Shown: piece after piece, positions 15,750-28,452 of the stretch
How the letters are laid out: each line of letters begins with the position of its first letter
Numbering within the stretch: position 1 is the first letter of the stretch
Source of the DNA: Octopus sinensis
Lineage: Eukaryota
Direction of reading: 5' to 3'
Length of the DNA stretch: 64,000 nt
Assembly: GCF_006345805.1 (NCBI RefSeq)
Contig: NC_043012.1
Span: 53,630,001 to 53,694,000, forward strand
The notes under the pieces: model-generated
What the model was told of the DNA's origin: nothing
The model's input: only the letters and a program-made list of their open reading frames with translations
The model's database searches: none
Made by a program: the position numbers and the translations under genes

Positions 15750-15944
15750 TTGTGTGTGTATGTATGTATGTATGTATGTGTGTATATATATATATATATA
15801 TATTTTATGTATGTATGTATGTGTATATATATGTATGTATGTATGTGCATGTATATATATGTATGTATGTATGTGTATGTATATATATGTATGTGTGTAT
15901 ATATATATATATATTATGTATGTGTATATATATATATGTATGTG

Positions 15945-15978
<34 letters not shown>

Positions 15979-16009
15979 CATACATATATATATATTATAT
16001 ATATATATA

Positions 16010-16108
<99 letters not shown>

Positions 16109-19100
16109 TAAAGGGTGAAATTTAATAGTCTTTGCAACAAGTTGCTAGACCACATACCGAAAGTTTTAGAAAGTTTTATTTCTAAAACTTTTGGTATGTG
16201 GTCTAGCAACTTGTTGCAAAGACCCTCATTGTTATAATTGTATATATATATATGAGAGAGAGAGAGAAAGGAGTAAATTATCATGCCGGATACCGTATTA
16301 TCTTACAAACGGATATACATTCCGGTTATCCACAGCGGTCCGGTTTTATAGTACTCGAGCATTAAAGAGATACTGGTATTAGTAAGCATTACTTGTCGGT
16401 AAATGCTCTGAATTCTTACATACATTGTATTACTATCTCTATTTTATTTTTTATTTTTTATTAACAGGTACTAATATAAATCATGCACTTCTAGATGGTC
16501 TCGATTTAATGTCAACTATTTCGAATATAACATCAGAAGATCGGTCTCCAGTAATCGTGTTTTTAACTGACGGTGCTGCATCATCTGGTGTAACTAGAAG
16601 TACTGATATCCTGCGCAATGTGGCTGAAGCTAACGAGAAAACAATTCCTGTGTTTTCTCTGTCTTTCGGCGCCGACGCTGATTTCACCTTACTTCAGAAA
16701 ATATCTCTACAGAACTATGCCGTGGCCCGACGCATTTATGAAGCATCTGATTCTGCCATCCAACTGAAGAATTTTTACAACGAAATATCTGCTGCGCTAA
16801 TGACCGATGTAAAATTCAAATACTTTGGTAATGTACGTCGACCACAGATTTAATATCATTCATATTTGGCGTTCAAGCGTTAAAAAGTACTTTAAGATTT
16901 CCCACTCTTAAACGAAGAATGCCTGGCTATAATGTCCACGTTTAGAAAAATCTGTTCAGTTATAGAAGTGTTCAAGGCTAATATATGTTGTATGAGAGTT
17001 CAGTTTCAATATCTGCATATTCTAGTATTATTATTTTCTATGGATATTCTTAGAGTAATCCGTAGATATATTTCGTGTATTATTCCGGGCGTACTATTTA
17101 CAGTAAAAATAGCCATCTTTTTATTAATTCAGTTGCTTCGTCACATGTTAAGAATCCTTTTGAATATTTTTCTATTGCTTTATCGTTATTTAATACATTA
17201 TTTTTAAATGTTTTCATGAAAAATCAGCAAGTTTTATGCATTTTAATTGGTTCCTCAGTGCACTAAATTTATCTTGCTATTTCCGAGATTGCTGAATGCT
17301 GATATGAGTAAAAGAGACATTTCTCTTGAAAGAGTCGTTATTTAATGACCAGAATATTTAGAGCTATTTTGATATAATCTTGTCTCCCCAAGTATATTTT
17401 GCTGGAGTTGGTCTGGAGCATCCCGGTATATTGTTGAGTATTATTTGAGAATATGCGCCACACAACCTACATGACATTTCCGAATTGAATTTTAGAAATA
17501 CCCGATATTATTATCAATATATATCCCAGAAAATGATCTGTTCCCAAAACAACAAATGCAGATGCTTCAATTGTTCTGTTTTCTTCTAGATTTGTTTGTT
17601 CACGCCACTGATAATGACTTATTCGTGTAATGTGTATCCAGCTCGAATTTAGCTTTTGCCTGATCATAATGACTAAGTACACATCGGAGTTAGTTAACAA
17701 AATACTGAGCAATATTAATAAAATCTTTTCAAACCAATCCCTAACCTTTAATACTTTTCTACTATTCTCTTCGGAGGTTGTGCTTCTATCTGCGACACAC
17801 TTGTTTGAGGTACGCTGCAATTTTTTTATAATTTTGTCACATAAGCTTATAGTGCCTACCACAGAGCAAAATGGTATAGTCTGCACCAGAAATGTATAAA
17901 TAGAACAGCTAGTCGTTTTGCTAGTGTGCTTTCACACAAGCAGTTTTCTCCTCGCCTATGCCCAAATATTTGTAGAGAGGCGACGTGAACTGCTCCAATA
18001 TTATATCCGCTCCTTGACTTCCTGGTGAGCTTTTTTTAAATACAGCTTGTATTTATTCGATTAAAGAACATTTAAATGCCTTGGCTAAGCTATTTAGCAA
18101 TATAGACATGACTCACATACTAGGTTATTCATCAACTGAAGACGACGATGAGCCTCGGTCGTACATTTCGTCTTTAATATCTCAAATTGACTTTCAAAGT
18201 TAGAAGATGCAAATCACTTGAGTTTTTATATTTATATATAATTTAATTTGCAGGAGTATTCATTTTCTTACTTACAACAATTGCAGCCACGCATATTATT
18301 TCATTTAACCCGGTGACTTTTATGTACGTGTCAGTTTACACTAAATTTCTGATTGTTAGGTTTACGCATTTGTGCAGTTACTTGCTTGACGTTGAGTTTT
18401 TATTCCTGAGAGAGTGAGGGCGCGTGGCTTAGTGGTTAGGGCATTCGGCTCATGATCGTAAGGTTGTGAGTTCGATTCCCGGCGACGCGTTGTGTCCTTG
18501 AGCAAGACACTTTATTTCACGTTGCTCCAGTCCACTCAGCTGGCAAAAATGAGTTGTACTTGTATTTCAAAGGGTCAGCCTTGTCACTCTCTGTGTCACG
18601 CTGATTATCCCCGAGAACTACGTTAAGGGTACACGTGTCTGTGGAATGCTCAGCCATTTGCACGTTAATTTCACGAGCAAGCTGTTCCGTTGATCGTATC
18701 AGCTGGGACCCTCGTCGTCGTAACCGGCGGAGTCTTTTTTAATTCCTGAGAGATACTTCCGTTGCTCGATAATATTATGAGTTGATTTTATTTTTATAAT
18801 TATATCCACCATTAGATTATCATGTTTCTAACTTCACATTCAGATACAAACGTCTGTTTCTGCTATCCAGATCCCATGGTTGTGTTTCTGCATACTGATA
18901 AAACATTACATTTCGATCAGCTTTTGTCTTTATCGTCACCATCTTATTGCTGGATGTATGGATTGAAACTTGGAGGTTTTATTTCTAAACGAACATTTTA
19001 TTACTCTTAGTATATAATGTTTCATATTTAGAATCCAATCTAGAATTATGCAGACAACCAGAAATTAAACACCTAATAAATATTAGAAATCAAAGCGTTC

Positions 19101-22007
19101 GTAACGTATTGCAGGCGCTAATATTGTAATAATATTTATTTCTAAAGAAGATTTTGTGAGGCAAAGTATCTCTCTTTTACACCTGCATCTAACTGATATG
19201 AATATTCTGCTTCATAATCTTATTAACTATTCATATTAAAGATTTGCACATTTAATTATAGCATATATATCTTAGCAACTGAGAGTTTCAATTTTATCAG
19301 TATTTGGTTTACAGCAAATTCCGTGAGTTACAACAATGTGTCTGTATGTTTAGGAAACTTTCGACTTCCAGCTGAGTTTGAAGTCAGGGAATCTTTTAAT
19401 ATCGCAGCTGATGTATAGTTATTTGTTGGGCTTTACGGAAAACCTAGATTTTAAAAGTATTCACAGTTGTTTTATATTCGTCTGGTGGGCATTTTGAGAG
19501 AGTATTTTTATATAACTGCTCTGGATAAATCTCGTTGCAGTAACAAGTTATATTCCTTGCATGCGCAAGTGACCTTGTATTTGTAATATCTTTCTTTCAA
19601 AGTGTATTTGGTCTGTGAATGTGGTTTATTTACACTTTGTTATGATTTATGGAACAGTTTTACGTTTGTGGTACTGCAGTGGGTAGATTTTCGTGGTGAG
19701 GGTATTGTCTCCAGATAGTGCTAACATAATCAAAAATGGATTTAATATACTTTTTGTATATAATTGTCGATTCTAATAGAATACGAGTATTTTAATGAAT
19801 TAACAATAAAGTCAACACTGTCCTCAGAAATGTCTTTACTCATAGCGCCCCCTTAATCAATCTAAATTGTCCAGTGCCCATCTCTTTGGGAATCTTTGTT
19901 TTCGTCCACACTGCATTACCAAATTATGGTTTTGACTCACATATTTCTGTTCTAACTACAGGTGGATAACGATACGCTAACCAATAATGAATTCCACAGA
20001 TATTTCAATGGTACAGAAGCAGTAATTGCCGGGAAACTGACGGATAAGGACGCTTCGAGAATTACTTGGAATATAATCGGCAGCACAAGTTCAGGTGGTA
20101 TTGATATTGGAGAAACAACTGAAGCGCTCCAATTGTCTGATGAAGGCAAAAGAGAAAGCTTGTTATCTGATGAAGACATAAAAAGCATTCCAGAGAAACT
20201 GTGGGCATATCTGACAATCAAACAGATTCTAGATCAAATGACTGCCAGTGACAACCAAACGGAGAAAGATGAGTTGAAGAATCGTGCGATTGAACTGTCC
20301 TTAAAGGTAAGACTGGAAACTTTACTTACGATCTCTTGTTCGAGAAAGGAATAAATTTCATGAAGTTTATGTCTCTCTCAAGCTTGTTAATTGGTAAAGG
20401 GGAAATAATTGTCATCAAAGCAGAATTGAGTCCATCGTGTAATTTTACTTCGGACGCATCAGCCATTAAGTATCAATTGTCATTAATGATAAATTTTGTC
20501 ACACTAAGTGAAAGTCTGTACAAGATAAGCGGGACACTGTAACATTAATACCTGCCCTAAATGCATCAGTGACAAAAAGGATTGAAAGTAGCAGCATCTG
20601 AAAGATAGAAACAGCATCACGACATCGTGAGTAATTGGCAGCTTACAATTTGTTCTACAGCTCTCAGCATTTTCACTAAAAATTCCCCAGAGATGTTATC
20701 GATGTTATCGTATACAGAGGTATAGCTGTCTTATAATCTCCTTTCCAAAATACTGTAAGGCTGCTTTAAAGGGAGGTGCATCTCGTACAATATGCGCTTG
20801 CGATTTCTTCCATCCATCTTCTATTTTGAATATGAAGAGTATGCTATCATACGCTCTCCCCTACTTAAAGGAAATTTCATTCGACGTTTCCCCGAGAGCT
20901 GTTTCTAATTTTTATATGAATGGAACTTTGGAAAGCCCACAAAGACTTGCCTATGTAGAGGTGTATGAACTAACTTATGAACTAACTGATATCACGCATT
21001 TTTAGTTTCTGTGAAAAAGTTTATAGGAGTGGCTGTGTGGTAAGTAGCTTGCTTACCAACCACAATGGTCCCGGTTCCTTGGGCAAGTGTCTTCTACTAT
21101 AGCCTCGGGCTGACCAAAGCCCGTCGTATTTATGTATATATGTATATATATGTAAGTGTGTGTATATATTTGTGTCTGTGTTTATCCCCCTAACATCGCT
21201 TGACAACCGATGGTGGTGTGTTTGCGTCCCCGTAACTTAGCGGTTCGGCAAAGTGACGGATATAATAAGTACTAGGCTCACAAAGAATAAGTCCTGGGGT
21301 CGATTTGCTCGACTAAAGGCAATTCTCCAGCATGGCCGCAGTCAAATGACTGAAACAAGTAAATGAGTAAAATTGTAACAAAATATATCTTGACAGAATT
21401 GACACTTACAAATGACGGTATTTGACTTGTATTTTCCAATGCTTTTTGTTGACGAAGTATGAGCGTGCATACACGCGCCTCTGTATGTGTGTGTGAAATT
21501 TGCCATCACTGCTCATTCTCTATACCCTCCTGATTTTTGCTGTGGATGAACTGAATTTCGGCCTCCTTTTCTGTGTGTCTTGTAAGGACATTTCCAGAGC
21601 TGGCAATTCCCCGAATAAAATTTCATAGAGAGCCGTCTTATACTTACTTTGCTTTGTCACGTCTTCCAGAACATATAAACCGTTTTCTAGCCAGATAACA
21701 TTACACTAAAATATTGCCGTTCACCCTAAACAACTTTGCACAACAACACCTGCCCTATTCAAATCATTAAGGTAGCATCTGGAAAATGTTGTTGTTCACT
21801 TCGGAAATAGAGTGAAGGTTCGATATTAGTCTAAATAACTGAAGAATGTACCAAGTGCATTATACAAAGAGAATCGTTGTTTCATTGATTAAAAAGGTGA
21901 GGTGTTACATTTGTGGAATTGTAATTAATCAACCTGTTGAAAAATATGATTGCTATACGTACATACATATCTATATCTATATATATAATATATATATATG
22001 TATGTAT

Positions 22008-22049
<42 letters not shown>

Positions 22050-22131
22050 GCATATTCATATATATTTATATATATATATATATATATATATACATACATA
22101 CATGCCTATGTATATATGATACATACATATG

Positions 22132-22196
<65 letters not shown>

Positions 22197-24192
22197 AACC
22201 CGATTATCTGAATGTTCTTGTTCTTTTATCTCTAGTACAAATTTGTGACTCCTGTAACGTCAATGATTGTCGTCAAACCAGACAAGAAAGAAAATACGGA
22301 TGAAGACGCTGCAGAAGAGGCTAGCCGCGATCGGCATCCACCTGCACGTCCTGCACCGGTGTACAAACGTGGTATGTATTATAATAACAGTATCGCAAAC
22401 CCAGTCTTTACAGTGCATTCACTAAGTTTATGTTCACTAAGTTTATGTTCATGAACACAGAAATACAGTTTTAAAACGTTCCATACTGTATGCAGTTATA
22501 TGAACTTAGTGATAAATTTGAATGAGAGCGAAATGGTCGATGGAATCAATAATATTAGATTCCTTGAAACTGATTTTAAGTTTTTTAAGACAGTAAAAAG
22601 ACAAAGTGAGCATTGGTGAGTTATTTAGAAGTTCGCTTAGCAAACACCGCGTTTCAGGTTCAATCCTGCTATGCGGTGCCATGTTGCGGCTCCATGGACA
22701 AATGTGGTCTATAAGCCCGCTTGATCAGTGCTGTGGCAGTGGAATTGTCAAACGGAAACCGCGAAGAAGCCTGTCATGTTTGTATATATGTATGTGAATA
22801 TATGTATATATGTGTGTATGTATGTGCGTGTATGTACATTTGTGCGCATGTATGTGTGTGTGTGTTTGTGTATATACCTATATATGCATGTATGTATCTA
22901 GAATAAATCTTTATATATGAATAACAGTGGCTGTGTTGTAAGGAGCTTGCTTTCCATCCACATAGTTCCGGGTTCAGTCTGATTGCGTGGTACCTTGCGC
23001 AGAGGTCTTCTCATATAGCCTCGGGCCGGCCAAAGCCTTTTGAGCAAATTTTGTAGATGGAACCTGATGAAGTCCATCGTCTATGTATATTCATGTGTGT
23101 GTGTTTACAGTTCCAATTATGGATTGAATCTGTAGTCTTCGAATCAGCTTTCTCCTGTTTTTGAGAAGCCTAATTTCTCAAGAGTGGTATTTAAGCAGTG
23201 TCTACATATCCCAGAGCCTCAATAAGTACAGATATAAGCCTGGACTTATTGTACGTACGTATGTATGTATGGTTGTATGTATGTATGTATGTATGTATGA
23301 ATGTATGTATGTATGTATGCATGCATGTATGTATGCATGCGTACATGCATGTATGGCGCTCTCGCATCCCTCTGCCTGCGACCCATATTAGCTCTAGATA
23401 TCTTACCCTAGCTTGTCTTTCATTCAAGTCAGTAGATTGGAGAGCCTCTGTGAAGTGCTGTGGAAAATGTATTCGACGTAGAATATTAGATTGTGCAATC
23501 ATCGGCGAGGCTGCTATTCGATGCCTGGTACTTCGTTGTGCCATATATTTACTTCTTTGTATATTTTTCCCTCACGGGCTATTCTTTACTGGGAAGCAAT
23601 ACTCTAGTATTGCATTACTAATTTATTGAAACTTCTTCACAGTTCTCGTCTTGTTAGCGTTTCGGCGTTTTAGTCGAGTGTAATGGCATTAATGTGGTAA
23701 CATCTGAAAGGTTGTCGTGGTATATGTTTGGCTGATGAAGATAGATCAAGTTTATGGGTGGCAGACATATCTTGAAAAATCTGAAACCTGCAACGGTCCC
23801 ACATTATCCTTTTCCAGGTATTTCATCTTTCAGATGTTCTCCCTGGAGGTAAGACAATTTTTTCTAGTTTGTTGCACACACGCATTTTTGCTAGTACGTA
23901 CGCGGTGAAGCTATACATTAGCGTCGTATTATTACGTTCGCTATTTCCAGTAAATATCGGTACTTCGTTGTGCCATATATTTACTTCTTGTATATATATA
24001 CATATATATATATATATACTTATATATATATACTTATATATATATATATATATATACTTATATATATATATAATATATATATATATATACTTATATATAT
24101 ATTATATATACTATATATATATATATACTTATATATATATATTATATATATACGTATATATATATATATATACTTATATATATATATATACT

Positions 24193-24264
<72 letters not shown>

Positions 24265-25199
24265 ATATATTATATTATATATATATACAATATATATATA
24301 TATACTTATATATCGGCGGCTTATATTATTTGCTGCCGATAAATTTGGCGCGAGTGCGATGATTTGAAAATTTTAGGTCAGATATTGCCGAGGCAGGGAC
24401 AGAAATGCCTCGTGAAAATATCTGTTCCGATCTGGCTATTTCTTACTGACGATTCTAAGGGCCTATGGAAGATTGGCTTGATTTAATTTAATCAGGTTAA
24501 TTTACCATTAAACAGTAGATGAAACGGTGCATCGTATAAGAATTACAGGGTAAATGTTTTTTAATTTTCTCCTGGTTTACGGAATTAATGTTATTTTGCG
24601 GTTGAAGCTTTGGCTGTTATTTCTAGTGGGTGAATGGCCTATTATGGCCGTTCCTTGATTGTGATGTTGAACTTAAAAATGGTCTATGACTATTAATTTT
24701 TCCCACTAGGCGCTGGTGGCAAAAAAATTCTACAAAATTTTTTGCCACCCTATATTGATTAATTATGAATTTTCTGGTTAATTCCGTAATGGAATCGGCG
24801 GCTTATTTTATTTGCTGCCGATAAATTGGCGCGAGTGCGATGATTTGAAAATTTTAGGTCAGATATTGCCGAGGCAGGGACAGAAATGCCTCGTGAAAAT
24901 ATCTGTTCCGATCTGGCTATTTCTTACTGACGATTCTAAGGGCCTATGGAAGATTGGCTTGATTTAATTTAATCAGGTTAGTTTACCATTAAACAGTAGA
25001 TGAAACGGTGCATCGTATAAGAAATTACAGGGTAAATGTTTTTTAATTTTCTCCTGGTTTACAGAATTAATGTTATTTTGCGGTTGAAGCTTTGGCTGTT
25101 ATTTCTAGTGGGTGAATGGCCTATTATGGCCGTTCCTGATTGTGATATATACTTATATATATATATACATATATATATATACATATATATATATATAAC

Positions 25200-25256
<57 letters not shown>

Positions 25257-25750
25257 ATATATATACTTATTATATATACATATTATATATATATATTATA
25301 TACATATATATATATATACATATTATATATATATATAATATACATATATATATATTATATATATATATATTATATATATATAATATATATATAAGTAATA
25401 CTAAGCAATAAAGGGTTAAGCAACGAATTGCCTTACCACAGACCGAATTTAGAAATAGCAGTCAAAGAGTTATAGCTATTTCTTCTACTAAAAAGGGAGA
25501 TCTCGGTAAAAAACACAGCAATTGGAAGAATTGCTGTGTTTTTTACTGAGATCTCCCTTTTTAGTAGAAGAAATAGCTATAACTCTTTGACTGCTATTTC
25601 TAAATTCGGTCTGTGGTAAGGCAATTCGTTGCTAAACACTTTATTGCTTAGTATTACTTAAATTTTCCTCGAATGAGGCTTTTACATGCCGAAGACTACT
25701 TGGTGTAATTGATAATTATTCCAAATTAATTAATTTCACCCTTCATTATA

Positions 25751-25794
<44 letters not shown>

Positions 25795-28338
25795 TTGAGT
25801 CTTCCCATAAAAATTTTTTTTTTAATATGTGAACTAAAAGACTGAGGGGGATGTAATCAACTACCTGCATCAACTTGCTATAAAAACAGGTACTAATTTT
25901 ATTACCTTGTACTTATTTGTAGTGTAAGTCTGTAATGATTATATTCCTCGGTGCTGTTTCATCAGAAGTTAAGGATGGATGTGAATTAACTTTGTAATGT
26001 AATTATTCTATTGTCTCGTCTCAAGTTGAATTCCAACTGTTATCATGTTTGTCCCGAAGTTCTCGACGTAAAATTAACGAAGCGAATGTCATTTATCTAC
26101 CCCTTGATTTCTGATGTCATACGATAAGTGCCAACCAAGATGTCCTAGATCAGCCAAGCTAGAAATAGCAATCCAAATGCTGTTAAATCAGACCCCAGTG
26201 CTGGATATTCAACAACCAAATGAAGGGCAGATTTTTTCACCTCGAGACCATCCTGACTCCAAAAGGGTATAATGTGTCTATGTAGAGCAAATGCAGATAG
26301 TTACTCCCCATGGCCAATAACCTCACCAAGGAAATTACACCTGAAGACAACAACTCCCCAGAGCAATTACCCGCTAAGACAATTACTCTTAAGCAGTTAA
26401 CCCCCGATATGTACCGTATTTTCTGGTGTAAAGCCGCTATTTTTTATCTGGGAACTTTAGAAAGGTTCGCCTAATCTGTGTATAAGTTTCAAGAGATCGA
26501 ATGATTCCACTGATTTTTTTTCTGAGGAAAGATCGGTCGGTGAACAACGTGATAGACTACTACTACATTACATAGGCGCTCCGAAGAAAACAAGGCATAT
26601 TTGTTTTGTTTTACCTTCATGTTTTGATAATGTTATTTTTAATCTAAAAATGACTTTAATATTGATGAAACGTGTTTGTTGTTGATTATTTCTAGAAAGA
26701 AATATTTAGAAATATGCCATACAATGTTGGCACTCCGTCGGTTACGACGACGAGGGTTCCAATTGATCCGATCAACGGAACAGCCTGCTTGTGAAATTAA
26801 CGTGCAAGTGGCTGAGCATTCCACAGACACGTGTACCCATTACGTAGTTCTCGGGGGAGATTTATTGTGACACAGAGTGTGACAAGGCTGGCCCTTTGAA
26901 ATACAGTTACAACAGAAACAGAAACATAGAGTGAGAGAAAGTTGTGGTGAAAGAGTACAGCAGGGTTACCCCACCCCCGCTCTAGCCAGAGTCTCGTGGA
27001 GCTTTAGGTGTTTTCGCTCAATAAACACTCACAACGCCCGGCTGGGAATCGAAACCGCGTGTCTACAACCGCGAGTCCGCTGCCCTAACCAGTGGGCCAT
27101 AGCGCTTCCACTACCATACAATATTTGCGAGGAATCGCATATAATTTGCACTTATAGATGATGATTTAAAACTTCTTAATATATTGGAGAGGGGATAATT
27201 AATCCAAGAGGTAGTTGTTGTCTGTGTGGAATCGTCTTGGGGGTGGGGAGTAATTGTCCTGATACGGAGACACTGGGGACCCGGACGCACAGAATTTCGC
27301 GTTTATTAACAGATATGTGCGTGAATGTGTGTGTATGTGTGTGTTTATGTGCGAATACGTATGTGTATGTACACGTACAAGCACATGCACACATGGCCAG
27401 ATATACACACTCATACGCAGATGGAAAATCATGTATCAGTGGTGTTTGAGACATTGGATCTTTTCGGTTTGAACGGCAGTTTTTTAAAATAATTTCCACA
27501 TAACTAAACACTTTTAAACTTTGTAGACTGGTAGAATGTGTTACTTAAAACATCTTTTTCTCTTGGCTTTATTGAGAAAATTCTATGTTGTTTTTTTTCA
27601 ATTTCTGCAATTTCACCAATGAATGACGTCTATTGAGGTGAAAACATTCTGTGCCGTATGAATATGTCCCTCGTTTAAGAAATAGATTGGGTTTATTTAC
27701 ATTTCTGAAGAAAAAAAAGATACCCTTCCCCCCACCCTAACCCTAACTCTAACCCTAAAACAGATTGAAAAATTTAGATCGATACTAGAGTCATAATCAT
27801 GGGCGACAATTTCATATGACACTGCTAGAAAAAAACTGCCGTTCAAACCGAAAAATTCCGAAAATTTATCTTTTATTGAGCGTGACAGTTTGTTCATCTT
27901 TCATTCAATACACATAAGCAGTTCACTTATGACATACACTGCTTTGAAAGATTCTCTACATTTTATTTATCTTAAAAATAAACAGCTGAAACATTTAACA
28001 TATTGTTATTGTTCCCCACCCGCCGAAAAAGTTTGCTATTAAATAATCTACATTATTACCAGCACACACATATATTACAGACACACACACACACCCATAT
28101 ATGTCAAATACTAACGTTGATATTCCAATGATTTCTTTTCTCTATTAACAGTTAACCGACCCCCTCCTCGTGGAGGTATGTATGACAATATGTTTGTTCT
28201 AAATACTTTTAAAATATCTTTGTTTAATTACTAATTTTCTTTTCCTTTGCATAGACAATCCATCCGATTTCATCATTTGTTATATATATAGTTTAAGAAA
28301 TTTTATGACACCCGAAATTCTCATTATACTTATATACG

Positions 28339-28415
<77 letters not shown>

Positions 28416-28421
28416 GTGCAG

Positions 28422-28452
<31 letters not shown>

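Larger units (their letters stand above)
24312..25146 (+). mobile_element. Retrozyme-like tandem repeat (~482-nt unit, ~1.7 copies) with two hammerheads
   Basis: Near-identical direct repeat starting 24312 and 24794; (TA)n on both sides; one hammerhead per unit. Confidence 0.75.

Noticed and set aside
15539-16284. Long ORFs rich in YI, CV or HT (also ~5036-5372, 23869-24362, 44824-45879)
   Set aside because: Translations of (TA)n, (TG)n and (CA)n microsatellites, not genes.
18418-18490. tRNA-like sequences with A and B boxes
   Set aside because: They continue into SINE bodies and are multi-copy; no complete cloverleaf.
19952-20221. Antisense ORFs over ITIH exons (also 1477-1674, 16481-16687, 56687-56920)
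   Set aside because: Shadow frames of the plus-strand coding exons.
24312-25146. CRISPR array or LTR pair as explanation for the direct repeats
   Set aside because: No short repeat-spacer periodicity, no TG..CA ends, PBS or TSD; eukaryotic context.
25668-25700. Possible hammerheads at 25668, 39468, 52575 and 61135
   Set aside because: Core (CTGANGA or GAAA) or stems too degenerate to support.
27733-27758. (CCCTAA)n as a telomere or fusion site (also ~41141-41156)
   Set aside because: Only a few units; the first tract is inside a TIR-bounded MITE.
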